From: a virus
Taxonomy: Duplodnaviria; Caudoviricetes
DNA: 54,744 nucleotides
Strand: one strand, 5' to 3'
IMG/VR virus record: IMGVR_UViG_3300027996_000045
Span: 1 to 54,744 of that record
A model generated the notes under the pieces. That model worked only from the letters and a program-made list of their open reading frames with translations. It had not been told where the DNA came from and ran no database searches. Of this stretch, positions 27,412-37,249 are shown piece after piece (the stretch's first letter is position 1; the number at the start of each line of letters is the position of its first letter). The translations under genes and the position numbers were made by a program.

Positions 27412-27618
27412 ATGTCTGATATTGAAGCAATCGAAATTGCCGATTATTTTCGCGCACAGCTTGAACCAATAAAATCGCACCCCGTAGCGCGCGATTTGCT
27501 CGCTTGCGATTATCGCCAGCTTGACGCGCTGCAGGACTGGAACAATGAGCGCACAATAATAAGCAAAGGAGACCGCGCGCTTTCGTTCTGTTCGGATTGG
27601 GTGGAGGTGCTGTCGTGA
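27412..27618 (+). CDS. Hypothetical protein
   Basis: AGGAG RBS. Confidence 0.6.
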   Translation: MSDIEAIEIADYFRAQLEPIKSHPVARDLLACDYRQLDALQDWNNERTIISKGDRALSFCSDWVEVLS

Positions 27619-27905
27619 CACGCAAAGAAGCACGGGCAGCGGTCCCGAAGTCGCAAGTTCAAGCGGTGGTCGATGCCTACCACGTAGGCACGCCTCAAGA
27701 CGAGATAGTGGATAGAATGGGGCGCCTAGTAGACGACGCTTGCAAGCGTAATGGCCTGGTAGTCATCGATGCTAGGCGTTGGAAAGCGGCTTGCATTGAA
27801 TATGCGAAGCGAGTGCACGAAAGCAATCGCGTGGAGTATATCCGAGTGATGAATCCACTTGTTGGCGCCAAGAGCGCTCGGAAGATTGCGAAGGGTTGGG
27901 CATGA
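27615..27905 (+). CDS. Hypothetical protein
   Basis: GGAGG RBS; GTGA coupling. Confidence 0.6.
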   Translation: MTRKEARAAVPKSQVQAVVDAYHVGTPQDEIVDRMGRLVDDACKRNGLVVIDARRWKAACIEYAKRVHESNRVEYIRVMNPLVGAKSARKIAKGWA

Positions 27906-28726
27906 GAAGAATAGGCAAAGCGGTAGCCAAGCGCCTAGCCGCGCTTGGCATAGTCGACACGACAGACAAGCGGGCGGTATTTCAAGCGCTAGCGCTAACG
28001 CCGGGAGGTAACCCGCGCAAACTGCTAGGGACGTCGACGAAAGTCGAAAAAGGCTCGAAAGTTAAGGTGTTGACGGCGGTGATGTATTTAGCGCCGCATA
28101 AGCTAAGTGGGACCAATTTATGCCCATGGGCTACCGCGGCTTGCGCAGCCGCTTGCTTGGGGCATAGCACTGGACGCCTTAAGATGCGCAACAATCAACG
28201 CGTGCTAGTTTCGAAAGCCTTGCTATGGCACTTGTTCCCGCAGTACTTCTTGGCTCGACTGGATGCTGAGATACGCTCTCACGCGATGGACGCGCGCGCG
28301 CTAGGTTTGCAAGCTGCTATCAGGCTAAACGGTAGCAGTGACATCAGATGGGAAAAGCATCTCGACTTCGCGGGCTATGATTGTATATTCTATGACTACA
28401 CGAAAGCACCGCGCGCGAAACGGGACGCGACCAGTTATCACCTAACGTATAGCGTCAGCGACAAGCGCGGCAGCGTCGCAGAGGCTAAGCGGTGGCTGGC
28501 CGATGGTGGTAACGTGGCGATTGTAGTAGGTGCAAAAGATAGCGCCAAGCTCGGCGACGCTAAGCGCGTATCGCTTAACGTAGTGCGCGATGGGTGGCAG
28601 GGCTTCCCGGCGCACAGTGCCGATGACACGGACGCGCGGTTTTTAGACGAGCCTGGTAGCGTTGGCGTACTGTATGCCAAGGGTGCGGCGTTGCGTGATA
28701 GCTCGGGATTTGTAAAGCGGTACTAG
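27902..28726 (+). CDS. Phage GP88-like protein
   Basis: LCP.AT..C...CL, IRLNGSSDI.WE, FYDYTK, D..D.RFLD, AKG.A..DSSGFV. Confidence 0.7.
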   Translation: MRRIGKAVAKRLAALGIVDTTDKRAVFQALALTPGGNPRKLLGTSTKVEKGSKVKVLTAVMYLAPHKLSGTNLCPWATAACAAACLGHSTGRLKMRNNQRVLVSKALLWHLFPQYFLARLDAEIRSHAMDARALGLQAAIRLNGSSDIRWEKHLDFAGYDCIFYDYTKAPRAKRDATSYHLTYSVSDKRGSVAEAKRWLADGGNVAIVVGAKDSAKLGDAKRVSLNVVRDGWQGFPAHSADDTDARFLDEPGSVGVLYAKGAALRDSSGFVKRY

Positions 28727-28808
28727 TAGAAAACCGCGCGCGGAAATAGACCGCGCGCGGTTGCGCTTTTCTTGTCGCATACCCGCTCGGGTATGCTATG
28801 GTGCCCTC

Positions 28809-29243
28809 ATGTCCGACGCAGACGACGACTTTGAGTGTTTCACAATTGAATTGACGCCGCTACGTCGCGTCACAACTTGGGACGAAATTGACGAAATAGA
28901 AGCGCGCGCGGGAGACGTTAACCTTGCAGCATGGGCCGCATTCAAAGGCAATGCCCCCGCGCTTGCTCAGAGGCTGGAAGAAACTATGATCGTTCAAGCT
29001 GGCATCGATGCGAGCACAGCGCTAGCGATAGCACAGGCTACCGCGCGTACGTTAGTGCGTCGCGGTGAGCTAGTGCCGATTGCACAGCACGATGCACGAG
29101 CATGCACCCGCATTGCTGTCGAAATGGATCGGACTGAACGACTACGCCAAGGGCGAAAATTAACCGCGGCGGCGAAACTTCGCATCAAGCGCGCCCAAAT
29201 CGCCGAAGCGACAGGAGCCGCTCTAAGGGCCATTGGCAGCTAA
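28809..29243 (+). CDS. Hypothetical protein
   Basis: MSDADDDF start 6 nt after TATGGT; CATACCCG/CGGGTATG inverted repeat upstream. Confidence 0.55.
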   Translation: MSDADDDFECFTIELTPLRRVTTWDEIDEIEARAGDVNLAAWAAFKGNAPALAQRLEETMIVQAGIDASTALAIAQATARTLVRRGELVPIAQHDARACTRIAVEMDRTERLRQGRKLTAAAKLRIKRAQIAEATGAALRAIGS

Positions 29244-29428
29244 GGTACTACCCTACCAGGAACGTCAAAAACGCGCTAGCGTGAGGCTCAGAGCCTCACA
29301 GGCATAGTTTAGTGGAGAGCTCCCGCCCCCGCCTCCCCCACCATATACCTACCAGCAAAAACCGGGTTAACGGTTTTACCTTCACCAAAACATAGAGCGC
29401 AGAAATTTTTTGGGGTAGTTTCTCGTGT

Positions 29429-29899
29429 ATGCAGCGACCCAACGACGATCTTGTTTGGTACTACGAGCACAGCGCATCAGAGCTAGGCTTCTCTTCATCC
29501 TCTATAGACGGTATATACATCCAGTCTGAGCCTCAGCCCCCATCTCGTCGTCAGCTGGCTGCGGCATCGAAGCAAGCTCGCATCAAGTTGTCGCTTGGCG
29601 AGCTGAGCCCGCGTCTACGTTCAATTCTGGAGAGCTGCTACGACCAGGCGGCATCGAGTGTCCCGTTGCGGCACGAGCACGGTTTGGCGGCATCGCTTGT
29701 GGCGCGAGCCATTTCGGAGGCCCGCTCAGCCAACTGGACAAAAGAACAGCTGAACAATTCGATTGCAACGTGCCACATGATGGTGTTAACAGCACACCGC
29801 GCATTTTCGATGTTGCACAAGCCATCATCGACGCCGAAGCGCCGTCGAGCGCGTGTGAGCCGTTGGCTCAGCGAGGATGGGGTGACCCCTATCCCCTAG
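29429..29899 (+). CDS. Hypothetical protein (possible late regulator)
   Basis: Precedes the packaging genes. Confidence 0.55.
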   Translation: MQRPNDDLVWYYEHSASELGFSSSSIDGIYIQSEPQPPSRRQLAAASKQARIKLSLGELSPRLRSILESCYDQAASSVPLRHEHGLAASLVARAISEARSANWTKEQLNNSIATCHMMVLTAHRAFSMLHKPSSTPKRRRARVSRWLSEDGVTPIP

Positions 29900-29946
29900 T
29901 GTTATTCCTTGACCCCTATCCCCTGAGTCCCGCACAATGAACACCA

Positions 29947-30336
29947 ATGCGACGTCACTATCTTTGCCGCCCGATCACGATGGGCGAGCTAGCAAACCAC
30001 CTACACGGGGTGGACAACGCAGCCAGCCGGAGGAAGGTGACCCGCATGCTTCGACGCAGAGAGGGCGAAACAGGGAAAATGATTTTATTGGGTGGGGGTC
30101 ATGGCAGGGCTCTGTACACGACCATGCAGATGCTATCGGATGGAGCACCTGAACTCGTCGACAGGCGCGACCAAATGGTTGGAATGCTTGAGGAATTCGT
30201 GGATGACCTCCGTGAGGACGTGCGCACCACGAGAGACTACGCCCGAGGCGTTGGCAGGCGGGTCTCTGCACTGAACACGCAGCAAGCAACATTGACAAAG
30301 ATAGTCACAGAAGGACACCCCCTTAAACTAGGGTGA
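29947..30336 (+). CDS. Putative DNA-binding protein with coiled coil
   Basis: ITMGELAN HTH-like start. Confidence 0.5.
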   Translation: MRRHYLCRPITMGELANHLHGVDNAASRRKVTRMLRRREGETGKMILLGGGHGRALYTTMQMLSDGAPELVDRRDQMVGMLEEFVDDLREDVRTTRDYARGVGRRVSALNTQQATLTKIVTEGHPLKLG

Positions 30337-30342
30337 GGGCTT

Positions 30343-30807
30343 ATGGGCTACCTTATTACTCCCGAGCAGATTGCCGACATCACCGCAGCGGTGGCGGAGG
30401 GCGCAACCCGAGGCAAGTCTTTGACTGCGAATGGGGTCGGCGAGGCCATCTACCGGCAGATAAAGCGAGCGGCAGGTGATAAGAATCACCCACACAGCTC
30501 ACTGTACAAAAGCTTCCTCAAGGGGCTCGACAAGGCAGAGGCTCAGGCAGAGAAAACGCTTGTTAAGACAATTAGTGCTAGTACTGATTGGCGAGCTGCG
30601 GCATTTTTGTTGGAGCGAAGGTGGCCTGACGAGTGGAGTCAACGGATTCAGCTTGAGGTCAAAAAGGAAGTTGAGCACGTATTAGATGTCGCGGAGAGGG
30701 CGCTCCCCCAAGAGCACTTCGAAAGATTCCTTGAGGCACTCAGTGGCGGCGGCGCGGAGTCGCTTGTTAAGGGTGCAGAGCAAGTCACAGCGTCAAACAT
30801 ACACTGA
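30343..30807 (+). CDS. terS: Terminase small subunit
   Basis: DWRAAAFLLERRWPDEW motif, directly upstream of TerL. Confidence 0.75.
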   Translation: MGYLITPEQIADITAAVAEGATRGKSLTANGVGEAIYRQIKRAAGDKNHPHSSLYKSFLKGLDKAEAQAEKTLVKTISASTDWRAAAFLLERRWPDEWSQRIQLEVKKEVEHVLDVAERALPQEHFERFLEALSGGGAESLVKGAEQVTASNIH

Positions 30808-32182
30808 CGACCCTGTAGGCTTTTCCAAGGAAGTGCTGACGACGCCCCCGTGGGGCCGTCAGGCCGACATCATCAAGGCGGTGGCGAAGTACCCTCGTGT
30901 TTCTGTTCGCAGCGGTCACAAGATAGGCAAGAGCACCTCGGCGGCCATCTTGGCGCTGTGGTGGGCTTCGACGAAGCCTGGCGGTCGCGTGGTGATGACA
31001 GCGACGACGAACCAGCAGGTGCGTAACATCCTGTGGAAGGAGTTGAAGCGTCTGGCTCACCGGGCGACGATTCCTCTACCTCGGCCGGCTCAGCTCCCGA
31101 GTTTGGGTATGCAGTGGCCTGACGGTCGAGAGATTATCGGCTTTTCGACGAAGGAGTCGGAGCGGATGGCTGGCTTGTCGGGAGCGAACATGCTGTTCAT
31201 CGTGGACGAGGCCTCTGGTGTGGCTGAGGACATCTACGAGGCCATCGAGGGTAACCGGGCGGGTGGTGCACACATCCTGATGATCGGAAACCCGACGCAG
31301 CCTGTGGGGACGTTTTACGACAGTTTCCACAGCAAGACAGAGTTTTGGCATGCGATGCATGTTTCGAGCGTTCAGGCGAGCAAGGCTCGACCGCATATTC
31401 CTGGCATAGCCACGAAGGCGTGGTGCAACGAGAAGCTTCGCGAGTGGGGGCAAGAGGACCCACGCTACCAGGTCCGCGTGTTGGGGAATTTCGCGGACAC
31501 GGCTACATGTAGCGTGGTTCCTCTTGGCGTTTTGAGTTTATCCCAGGACTCTTACGACGACATGCCTGTGCCGAGCTCCCGCTTGGAGATGGGAGTTGAC
31601 GTGGCTCGCTTTGGTGATGACGAGACAGTGATCGCCTGCCGTCGTGGCAACAAGCTTTTGAGCATGACTGCCCGCAGCAACATGGACGAGCACGAGGTGG
31701 CTGACTTGGTGCTTCGGATAGCAGCGGACAACCACCGAGCGGGCGAGGGGAAGCCTTTGGTGAAGGTGGACGCCTGCGGTGTGGGCCTCGGTGTGGTGAG
31801 CATCTTGAGGCAGAAGGAGAGCGTGCAGGTGTTGGGTGTGAATGCAGCGGACCCGTCGAGCATGCCGGACGAGTTTCCGAATGTGCGGAGTCAGCTGTGG
31901 TTCGCTGTTGCGGACTGGCTGCGGGATGGCGGGTCCATTCCTAAGGACACGAAGCTTGAGGCTGACTTGCTCAGTGCGCAATATGACTTTGACGCACGGG
32001 GCAGGCGCAGGGTAGAGAAGAAAGAGTCAATCAAAGCAAGGCTACATCGGTCACCCGACCGAGCCGACGCTCTGGCATTAGCGGTGTATACGCCGCGAGC
32101 GAGGCTGGTTTCCAGCTCCTCGCTACAGCGCTCGCAATCGCGGGCTAGCAACTACCGCTTTGGTAATACGAAAGGCTATTGA
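30686..32182 (+). CDS. terL: Terminase large subunit
   Basis: RSGHKIGKS Walker A, FIVDEA Walker B, GVDVARFGDD and SPDRADAL nuclease motifs. Confidence 0.95.
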   Translation: MSRRGRSPKSTSKDSLRHSVAAARSRLLRVQSKSQRQTYTDDPVGFSKEVLTTPPWGRQADIIKAVAKYPRVSVRSGHKIGKSTSAAILALWWASTKPGGRVVMTATTNQQVRNILWKELKRLAHRATIPLPRPAQLPSLGMQWPDGREIIGFSTKESERMAGLSGANMLFIVDEASGVAEDIYEAIEGNRAGGAHILMIGNPTQPVGTFYDSFHSKTEFWHAMHVSSVQASKARPHIPGIATKAWCNEKLREWGQEDPRYQVRVLGNFADTATCSVVPLGVLSLSQDSYDDMPVPSSRLEMGVDVARFGDDETVIACRRGNKLLSMTARSNMDEHEVADLVLRIAADNHRAGEGKPLVKVDACGVGLGVVSILRQKESVQVLGVNAADPSSMPDEFPNVRSQLWFAVADWLRDGGSIPKDTKLEADLLSAQYDFDARGRRRVEKKESIKARLHRSPDRADALALAVYTPRARLVSSSSLQRSQSRASNYRFGNTKGY

Positions 32183-32184
32183 GA

Positions 32185-32511
32185 ATGGCACGATCCTGGG
32201 GTGAGACCCTTGCACGCAAGATTACGGAACAATCCAACATGGGCGCGCTGCGCTTTCAGACGGGTGGCCTCGCCCTCGCTGCTGGCACTGCCACAGTGGG
32301 AACCACCGTTTCGCTGACTGCAGACAGCATCATTCAGGTCCAGATGGTGATCCCCGGTGCTGGCGCCAAGGGTGTGCACTACAAGGTTGACGGCATCGTA
32401 TTGGGTGGCCCCGGCACCGCAAGCTTCGACGTGACCGCAGTGGACGCTGCCGCTGGTGACAACATCGTCGTAACAGACGACTCTGTCTTGACCTACATCA
32501 TCATCAACTAA
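32185..32511 (+). CDS. Small beta-rich virion protein
   Basis: A/G/T/V-rich ORF between terL and portal. Confidence 0.55.
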   Translation: MARSWGETLARKITEQSNMGALRFQTGGLALAAGTATVGTTVSLTADSIIQVQMVIPGAGAKGVHYKVDGIVLGGPGTASFDVTAVDAAAGDNIVVTDDSVLTYIIIN

Positions 32512-32708
32512 TGGGCGAGACGGTCAAAAAGAAGCGGGTTTCGCGCAGGCGTATGGCTAAGCCAGCGCCTGAGGCAGAGCCGGCTCCGGCACCCAAGCCG
32601 AAGAGCAAGCTTGGCTTTGCCTCCGACTGCTCGTATAAAGACAGGCCGCTGTTCGAGCCGGGCTGCTGCTGCTGTCCTCCTTGCCTCCGCATGCGCGGCG
32701 GCCTCTAG
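32511..32708 (+). CDS. Small basic Pro/Cys-rich protein
   Basis: TAATG coupling; fills the gap to the portal gene. Confidence 0.5.
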   Translation: MGETVKKKRVSRRRMAKPAPEAEPAPAPKPKSKLGFASDCSYKDRPLFEPGCCCCPPCLRMRGGL

Positions 32709-32719
32709 TACACTAAGAC

Positions 32720-34123
32720 ATGGGTATCTTCGCACGGATGAGCAAGGCGATCACTCTTCGCAAGGAGAGAAGGTCGCGTTCGCTTGTCCGTCGAGCCCCT
32801 GTCATCTCGAGTCTTAGCCTCGACCAGCAGTTTAGCCGCATTGGTGGAGGCCTTTCGCCCTTGGCTGTGAGTTCCATCGTGCGCGAGGCGGACACGGGCT
32901 ACATCTACCGCCTTATTGACCTGGCGAATGAAGCCCGGCAGAAGGACTGCCACCTTCAGTCCCTCCTAGGGACCCGTGAGGCCGCCATCAGCGCGCTTTC
33001 GTGGAAGGTGACGCCAGCTGTCGCTCCGGGCGAGGTCATGGCCACAGACAGCGACAGGGAGGTTGCCACGATGGTGTCAGCCGCTCTCCGTGCTGCCGAG
33101 GGTGACAACAAGGCGGACTGCAGCAAGAACTGGTCAGACATGGTGAGTCACCTTTCGTCTGCGATATTCTTTGGCTTCTCTGTGGCAGAGATTGACTGGC
33201 GCTTGCATGACAACATGCTGGTGCCTCGTGGGTTTCGGCCTATCTCTCACCGCCGGTTCCGTTTTGCGCAGGAGAACGGGCAGCTTCGTCAGTGGGACGT
33301 AGAGCGCCCGGCAACGCCTGACGGGATTGACCTTCAGAAGACGTATCCTGACAAGTTTATCGTTCACCAGCCCCGCATCAACGGAGACGTCCCTGCTCGT
33401 GAGGGTCTAATCCGGGTGTTGATGTGGGCGACTCTGTTTCGGAACTGGGCGTTCACGGACTGGCTTCGTCTGGCTGAGCTTGCATACAAGCCTTGGCGCA
33501 TTGGACGTTACAAGACGGATGCCTCTACCGAGGAGATTGATGACCTTGAGACTGCTCTGCAGCTTTTGACCACCAACGGTGTGGCGACGTTCTCTGAGCG
33601 TGCGACTGTGAGCATTGAGTGGCCTCAGCGTGGCCGAGGCGGGCGACCTGAGCATCGGGAGCTTTCGGACTATCTGGGAGCTGAGATGAGCAAGTGCGTG
33701 CTTGGCCAGACGCTGACAGTGGAGTCTGGCGAGCGTGGGGCTCGCAGCTTGGGCGAGGTACATGATCGCGTGCGCAAGGACTTGCGCGAGAACGATGCGA
33801 TAGCCTTGGCGGCAACCATCCGCCGAGACCTAATCAAGCCGATGGTGAAACTAAACTTCGGCAAGGACACGATGGTCCCCGGCTTTCACTTCGTGACAGA
33901 CGACGCGGTGGACATGGGCGCTCTATCTCGCGCCATCGAGGGATTTGTACGCGGTGGCCTTGAGGTGCCGCAGTGGTGGGTTCGTGATAAGGCTGGCATT
34001 GCCGAGCCTGAGCCCGGTGAGAAGTTGATGAAGGGTGAAGACTTCATTGGCGACGGGCAGGACAACCAGATTGACGAAGAGGACGAACTTGAAATCGACT
34101 CAGCAGACATCGAGCAAGATTGA
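32720..34123 (+). CDS. Portal protein (Mu gp29/DUF935 family)
   Basis: GFSVAEI.W, P.RIGRY, EMSK.VLGQTLT, SLGEVH..VR motifs. Confidence 0.9.
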   Translation: MGIFARMSKAITLRKERRSRSLVRRAPVISSLSLDQQFSRIGGGLSPLAVSSIVREADTGYIYRLIDLANEARQKDCHLQSLLGTREAAISALSWKVTPAVAPGEVMATDSDREVATMVSAALRAAEGDNKADCSKNWSDMVSHLSSAIFFGFSVAEIDWRLHDNMLVPRGFRPISHRRFRFAQENGQLRQWDVERPATPDGIDLQKTYPDKFIVHQPRINGDVPAREGLIRVLMWATLFRNWAFTDWLRLAELAYKPWRIGRYKTDASTEEIDDLETALQLLTTNGVATFSERATVSIEWPQRGRGGRPEHRELSDYLGAEMSKCVLGQTLTVESGERGARSLGEVHDRVRKDLRENDAIALAATIRRDLIKPMVKLNFGKDTMVPGFHFVTDDAVDMGALSRAIEGFVRGGLEVPQWWVRDKAGIAEPEPGEKLMKGEDFIGDGQDNQIDEEDELEIDSADIEQD

Positions 34124-35426
34124 AAAAGACCAGAGTTTCGCTGTTGGCGAGCTTTTCCTAAAGGCCTACGAGGGCATTGGGGAAGAGCGCATGGCGAGCT
34201 TTGTTGCATCGACGGAGTCTATTGACGCCGACGGTGACATTGTTGAGCAGAACTGGCGTTTGGACCGGTTCCGCAACAACCCCGTGATTTTGTTCGGCCA
34301 CGACAGCAAGTCGCTTCCAATAGGCAAGGCCACGCAGGTTGATGTGGTCGAGGGCCGCCTGGAGGTGACTGTGCAGTTTGCTTCGAAAGAGGCGAACCCG
34401 ATGGCCGAGCATGTTTATCGCAGCGTGCAGGAAGGCACGTTGAAGGCAGTGAGTGTGGGGTTTCGACCCCATGACGTTCGTCAGGAGCGCCGTGACCAGA
34501 AGATGGTTTACGTCTTGAGTGACAACGAGCTGTTTGAGATTAGTGTCGTTCCGATCCCCAACAACGCAGACGCTTTGCGCAAGCACAAGAGCTTCTTGGC
34601 GGGCAAGTCCGTGTCGTTTGATGACGAGCAGACAGAGCCTGCGGAGCAGGACCCAGTTGACCCAGTTGACACCGCTCCCTGGGACAGCTCGGATGCGAAG
34701 AAGCGTCTTGAGGGCTGGGCCATGAAGGACGGTGAGATGGACTACAAGCGCTACGAGATGGGCTTTGCCTACTTCGATGCCGAGAAGGCAGACACGCTTG
34801 GGGCATACAAGCTTCCTCACCACGACGTGGTTGACGGAGAGCTTGTTACGGTTCGTGCCGGGCTGATTGCAGCGGGCAACGCTGTGATGGGTTCGCGCGG
34901 AGGGGTGAACATCCCCGAGAGCGAGATGGAGGGTGTAAAAGAGCACCTTGCACGTCACTACAAACAGTTCGACCTCACCCCGCCGTGGGAGAGGAAGGAA
35001 AATTCCGTCAACGGCGGAGAGGAGAACAAAAACATGGATCTTGAAGAGATCAAAAAGAGCCTAGATGGCGAACGAAACAAAGTTGCTGTTCTCGACCAGC
35101 GTTGCAAGGACCTCGAAGAGGAACGCAACATCTGGAAGGGAAAAGCTGGCGATTACTACAAGCAGATTGTGGATGATCGTCTAACGGCTCTAGTCGGTAA
35201 GAAGATTACGCCGAAGGAGAAAGAGACCCTCATCAAGTTGGCAAACGCCGACGAGGTTCTTTTTGATGAGCACATGAAGGCTGTCAGCGACCGCGAGGAC
35301 ATGCCTTTGTTGAAAGAGAAAATTTTGGGAGACGACCCGTCGCCCCAGGCTGCGTTGCCGGCACCAGCAGGTGATTCCGGTGCGCAATTTGACAAGCTGA
35401 TCATGCAGCGAGCTTTCGGAGGCTAA
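34035..35426 (+). CDS. HK97-family prohead protease with extra domain and C-terminal scaffold
   Basis: NPVILFGHD, AVSVGF, LFEISVV.IP.N; start uncertain. Confidence 0.85.
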   Translation: MKTSLATGRTTRLTKRTNLKSTQQTSSKIEKDQSFAVGELFLKAYEGIGEERMASFVASTESIDADGDIVEQNWRLDRFRNNPVILFGHDSKSLPIGKATQVDVVEGRLEVTVQFASKEANPMAEHVYRSVQEGTLKAVSVGFRPHDVRQERRDQKMVYVLSDNELFEISVVPIPNNADALRKHKSFLAGKSVSFDDEQTEPAEQDPVDPVDTAPWDSSDAKKRLEGWAMKDGEMDYKRYEMGFAYFDAEKADTLGAYKLPHHDVVDGELVTVRAGLIAAGNAVMGSRGGVNIPESEMEGVKEHLARHYKQFDLTPPWERKENSVNGGEENKNMDLEEIKKSLDGERNKVAVLDQRCKDLEEERNIWKGKAGDYYKQIVDDRLTALVGKKITPKEKETLIKLANADEVLFDEHMKAVSDREDMPLLKEKILGDDPSPQAALPAPAGDSGAQFDKLIMQRAFGG

Positions 35427-35429
35427 ATC

Positions 35430-35840
35430 GTGAGTACTGCACTTCGCAAATTTGAATACGCACATATTAAATCTTACACGGTTGAAGCCGCTAGCACCGC
35501 CACTGTCGGTCGTCTGGCTTCGTTCGGCGCTAGTGACACCACTGTCGCCGACAGCGGTGCTGCTGCAGACGATGCCATCGGTGTCTTTCTGACTGGCGGC
35601 GCTGCAGGCGACCGCGTTGACCTTGCCTTGTTCGGACCTACCGTTGCGGTTTTGGTTGGAGCGGGTGGTGCCACTCGTGGCTCTAAGGCAATCAACGTTG
35701 CTAACGGTGTTGCGAACGCTCCTGCCCAAGCTGCAGGTGGCGCAACCGCAGATCCCATCTATGGCATCTTTATGCAGAATGGGAATGTAGGCGACGTGGT
35801 CGGCATGCAACTGTTGGCTTCCAACCGTGTTAGCGCCTAA
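35430..35840 (+). CDS. Capsid cement/decoration protein (DUF2190-like)
   Basis: A/G-rich 136 aa between protease and capsid. Confidence 0.7.
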   Translation: MSTALRKFEYAHIKSYTVEAASTATVGRLASFGASDTTVADSGAAADDAIGVFLTGGAAGDRVDLALFGPTVAVLVGAGGATRGSKAINVANGVANAPAQAAGGATADPIYGIFMQNGNVGDVVGMQLLASNRVSA

Positions 35841-35851
35841 GGAGAACTAAG

Positions 35852-37048
35852 ATGGAACGCCGAATCATTGAACTTACTGATAACGACATGTCTGAGGTCA
35901 AGCGCCTCAGCTCTCGCAAGACGCTCACCCACGGTGACATCGTTGCGTACAACCAGCGTCAAGCAAGCCGCAACGGCCGCGTGACCAAGTCTCAACAATA
36001 CAAGAACTACATGGATGCCGTTGACTGGATGCTTACCAGTCAAGAGGGCAGTGTTAAGCGAGAGCGCGACGCAGCCAACAAGGCCATCCTTGGTATGCAG
36101 AGCAAGGACATCGCCCCCGGCGCTGTTCATCAAAACGCTACTTTGAGCAACATGAGCGTCCAGTACGCGAATGAGGCTTACATTGGCGAGACTCTGATGC
36201 CTGTTCTTCAGGTTTCGAAAGAGACTGACGTCTATTACCGCTACGGCCAAAGCGACCGTCTTCAGTACCCTGATGACGAGATGGGCAGCCGTGGTCAAGC
36301 GAACGAGATTCAAGAGACTCGCGCGACGACCACCTACACCTGTCAACCTTACGGCTACAGCAACTTCGTTTCGCAGCGCACCTTGAACAATCAAGATGCA
36401 CCGCTTGACGAGATGGTGGACTTGGTTGAGGCAATCAACGAGGGCCTTTCTTTCCGTCGTGAGCGTCGCATTGCGAACGTGTTGACCAGCGGTGCCAACT
36501 ACGGCGGCAACACCACTGCAATCGCAGCGGCAAACCGTTGGGACACGGCAACCGGTGGTGACCCCATCGCCGACATCCAGAGTGCCATGGCGCAAATCTG
36601 GATGGGTCGTGGAAGCAGCAACCTGTGGATGTTCAGCTCGCTGAACGTGTACAATGTCCTGAGCCGTCACCCCGCCATCCTTGACTTGTTCAAGTACAGC
36701 GGCTCGACACCTGGTCTTGCTACTCCTGACATGCTGGCTCGTTTCTTTGGCGCTGACGGCTTCGTCATCGGCAAGGCTCGCGAGGACGACAGCAACGAAA
36801 ACGCCGCGCTTCCTAACTACCAGCGAGTCTGGGGTGATGTTTGGGGCTGCGTTCGTGTTGCACAACGTGCGAGCATCCGTAACGCGGTGTTCGGTTACAC
36901 CTTCCGCAATCTTCAGCCCGAGACGGCTGTTGTGTTTGACCCATTGAAGGGCCATGGCGGCGGTTACACTGCACAGGTAAGTGTCTCGGAGACTCACGAT
37001 GTCGTCGCGTCGCCGACGGGCTTCCTCATCACGACGCCAATCAGCTGA
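35852..37048 (+). CDS. Major capsid protein
   Basis: AAGGAG RBS, size and position, LSNMSVQYAN and W....DPIADI patterns. Confidence 0.85.
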   Translation: MERRIIELTDNDMSEVKRLSSRKTLTHGDIVAYNQRQASRNGRVTKSQQYKNYMDAVDWMLTSQEGSVKRERDAANKAILGMQSKDIAPGAVHQNATLSNMSVQYANEAYIGETLMPVLQVSKETDVYYRYGQSDRLQYPDDEMGSRGQANEIQETRATTTYTCQPYGYSNFVSQRTLNNQDAPLDEMVDLVEAINEGLSFRRERRIANVLTSGANYGGNTTAIAAANRWDTATGGDPIADIQSAMAQIWMGRGSSNLWMFSSLNVYNVLSRHPAILDLFKYSGSTPGLATPDMLARFFGADGFVIGKAREDDSNENAALPNYQRVWGDVWGCVRVAQRASIRNAVFGYTFRNLQPETAVVFDPLKGHGGGYTAQVSVSETHDVVASPTGFLITTPIS

Positions 37049-37249
37049 TCTGACCGATAAGGTCGAGAAGCCGATTGCGTTGAAGGACGAACGTTACGTC
37101 GTTTGGCGTAACGAGACTCCTCGCATGGTAGAGCCCACCATACATGGCCACTTTGTTCGGCTGTGGATGGTGGGCACGACCAAGTCTCTTCCTGAGTCTT
37201 GGACAAAAGAAGCTGAAAAGCTAGGGTTGACAAGGGTAGGATTCGCACA

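Noticed and set aside
35837-36997. Long antisense ORFs (386 aa opposite the capsid; also 34158-34958, 19242-20171, 18510-19148)
   Set aside because: These are shadows of real genes caused by codon bias; they show no motifs or translation signals.
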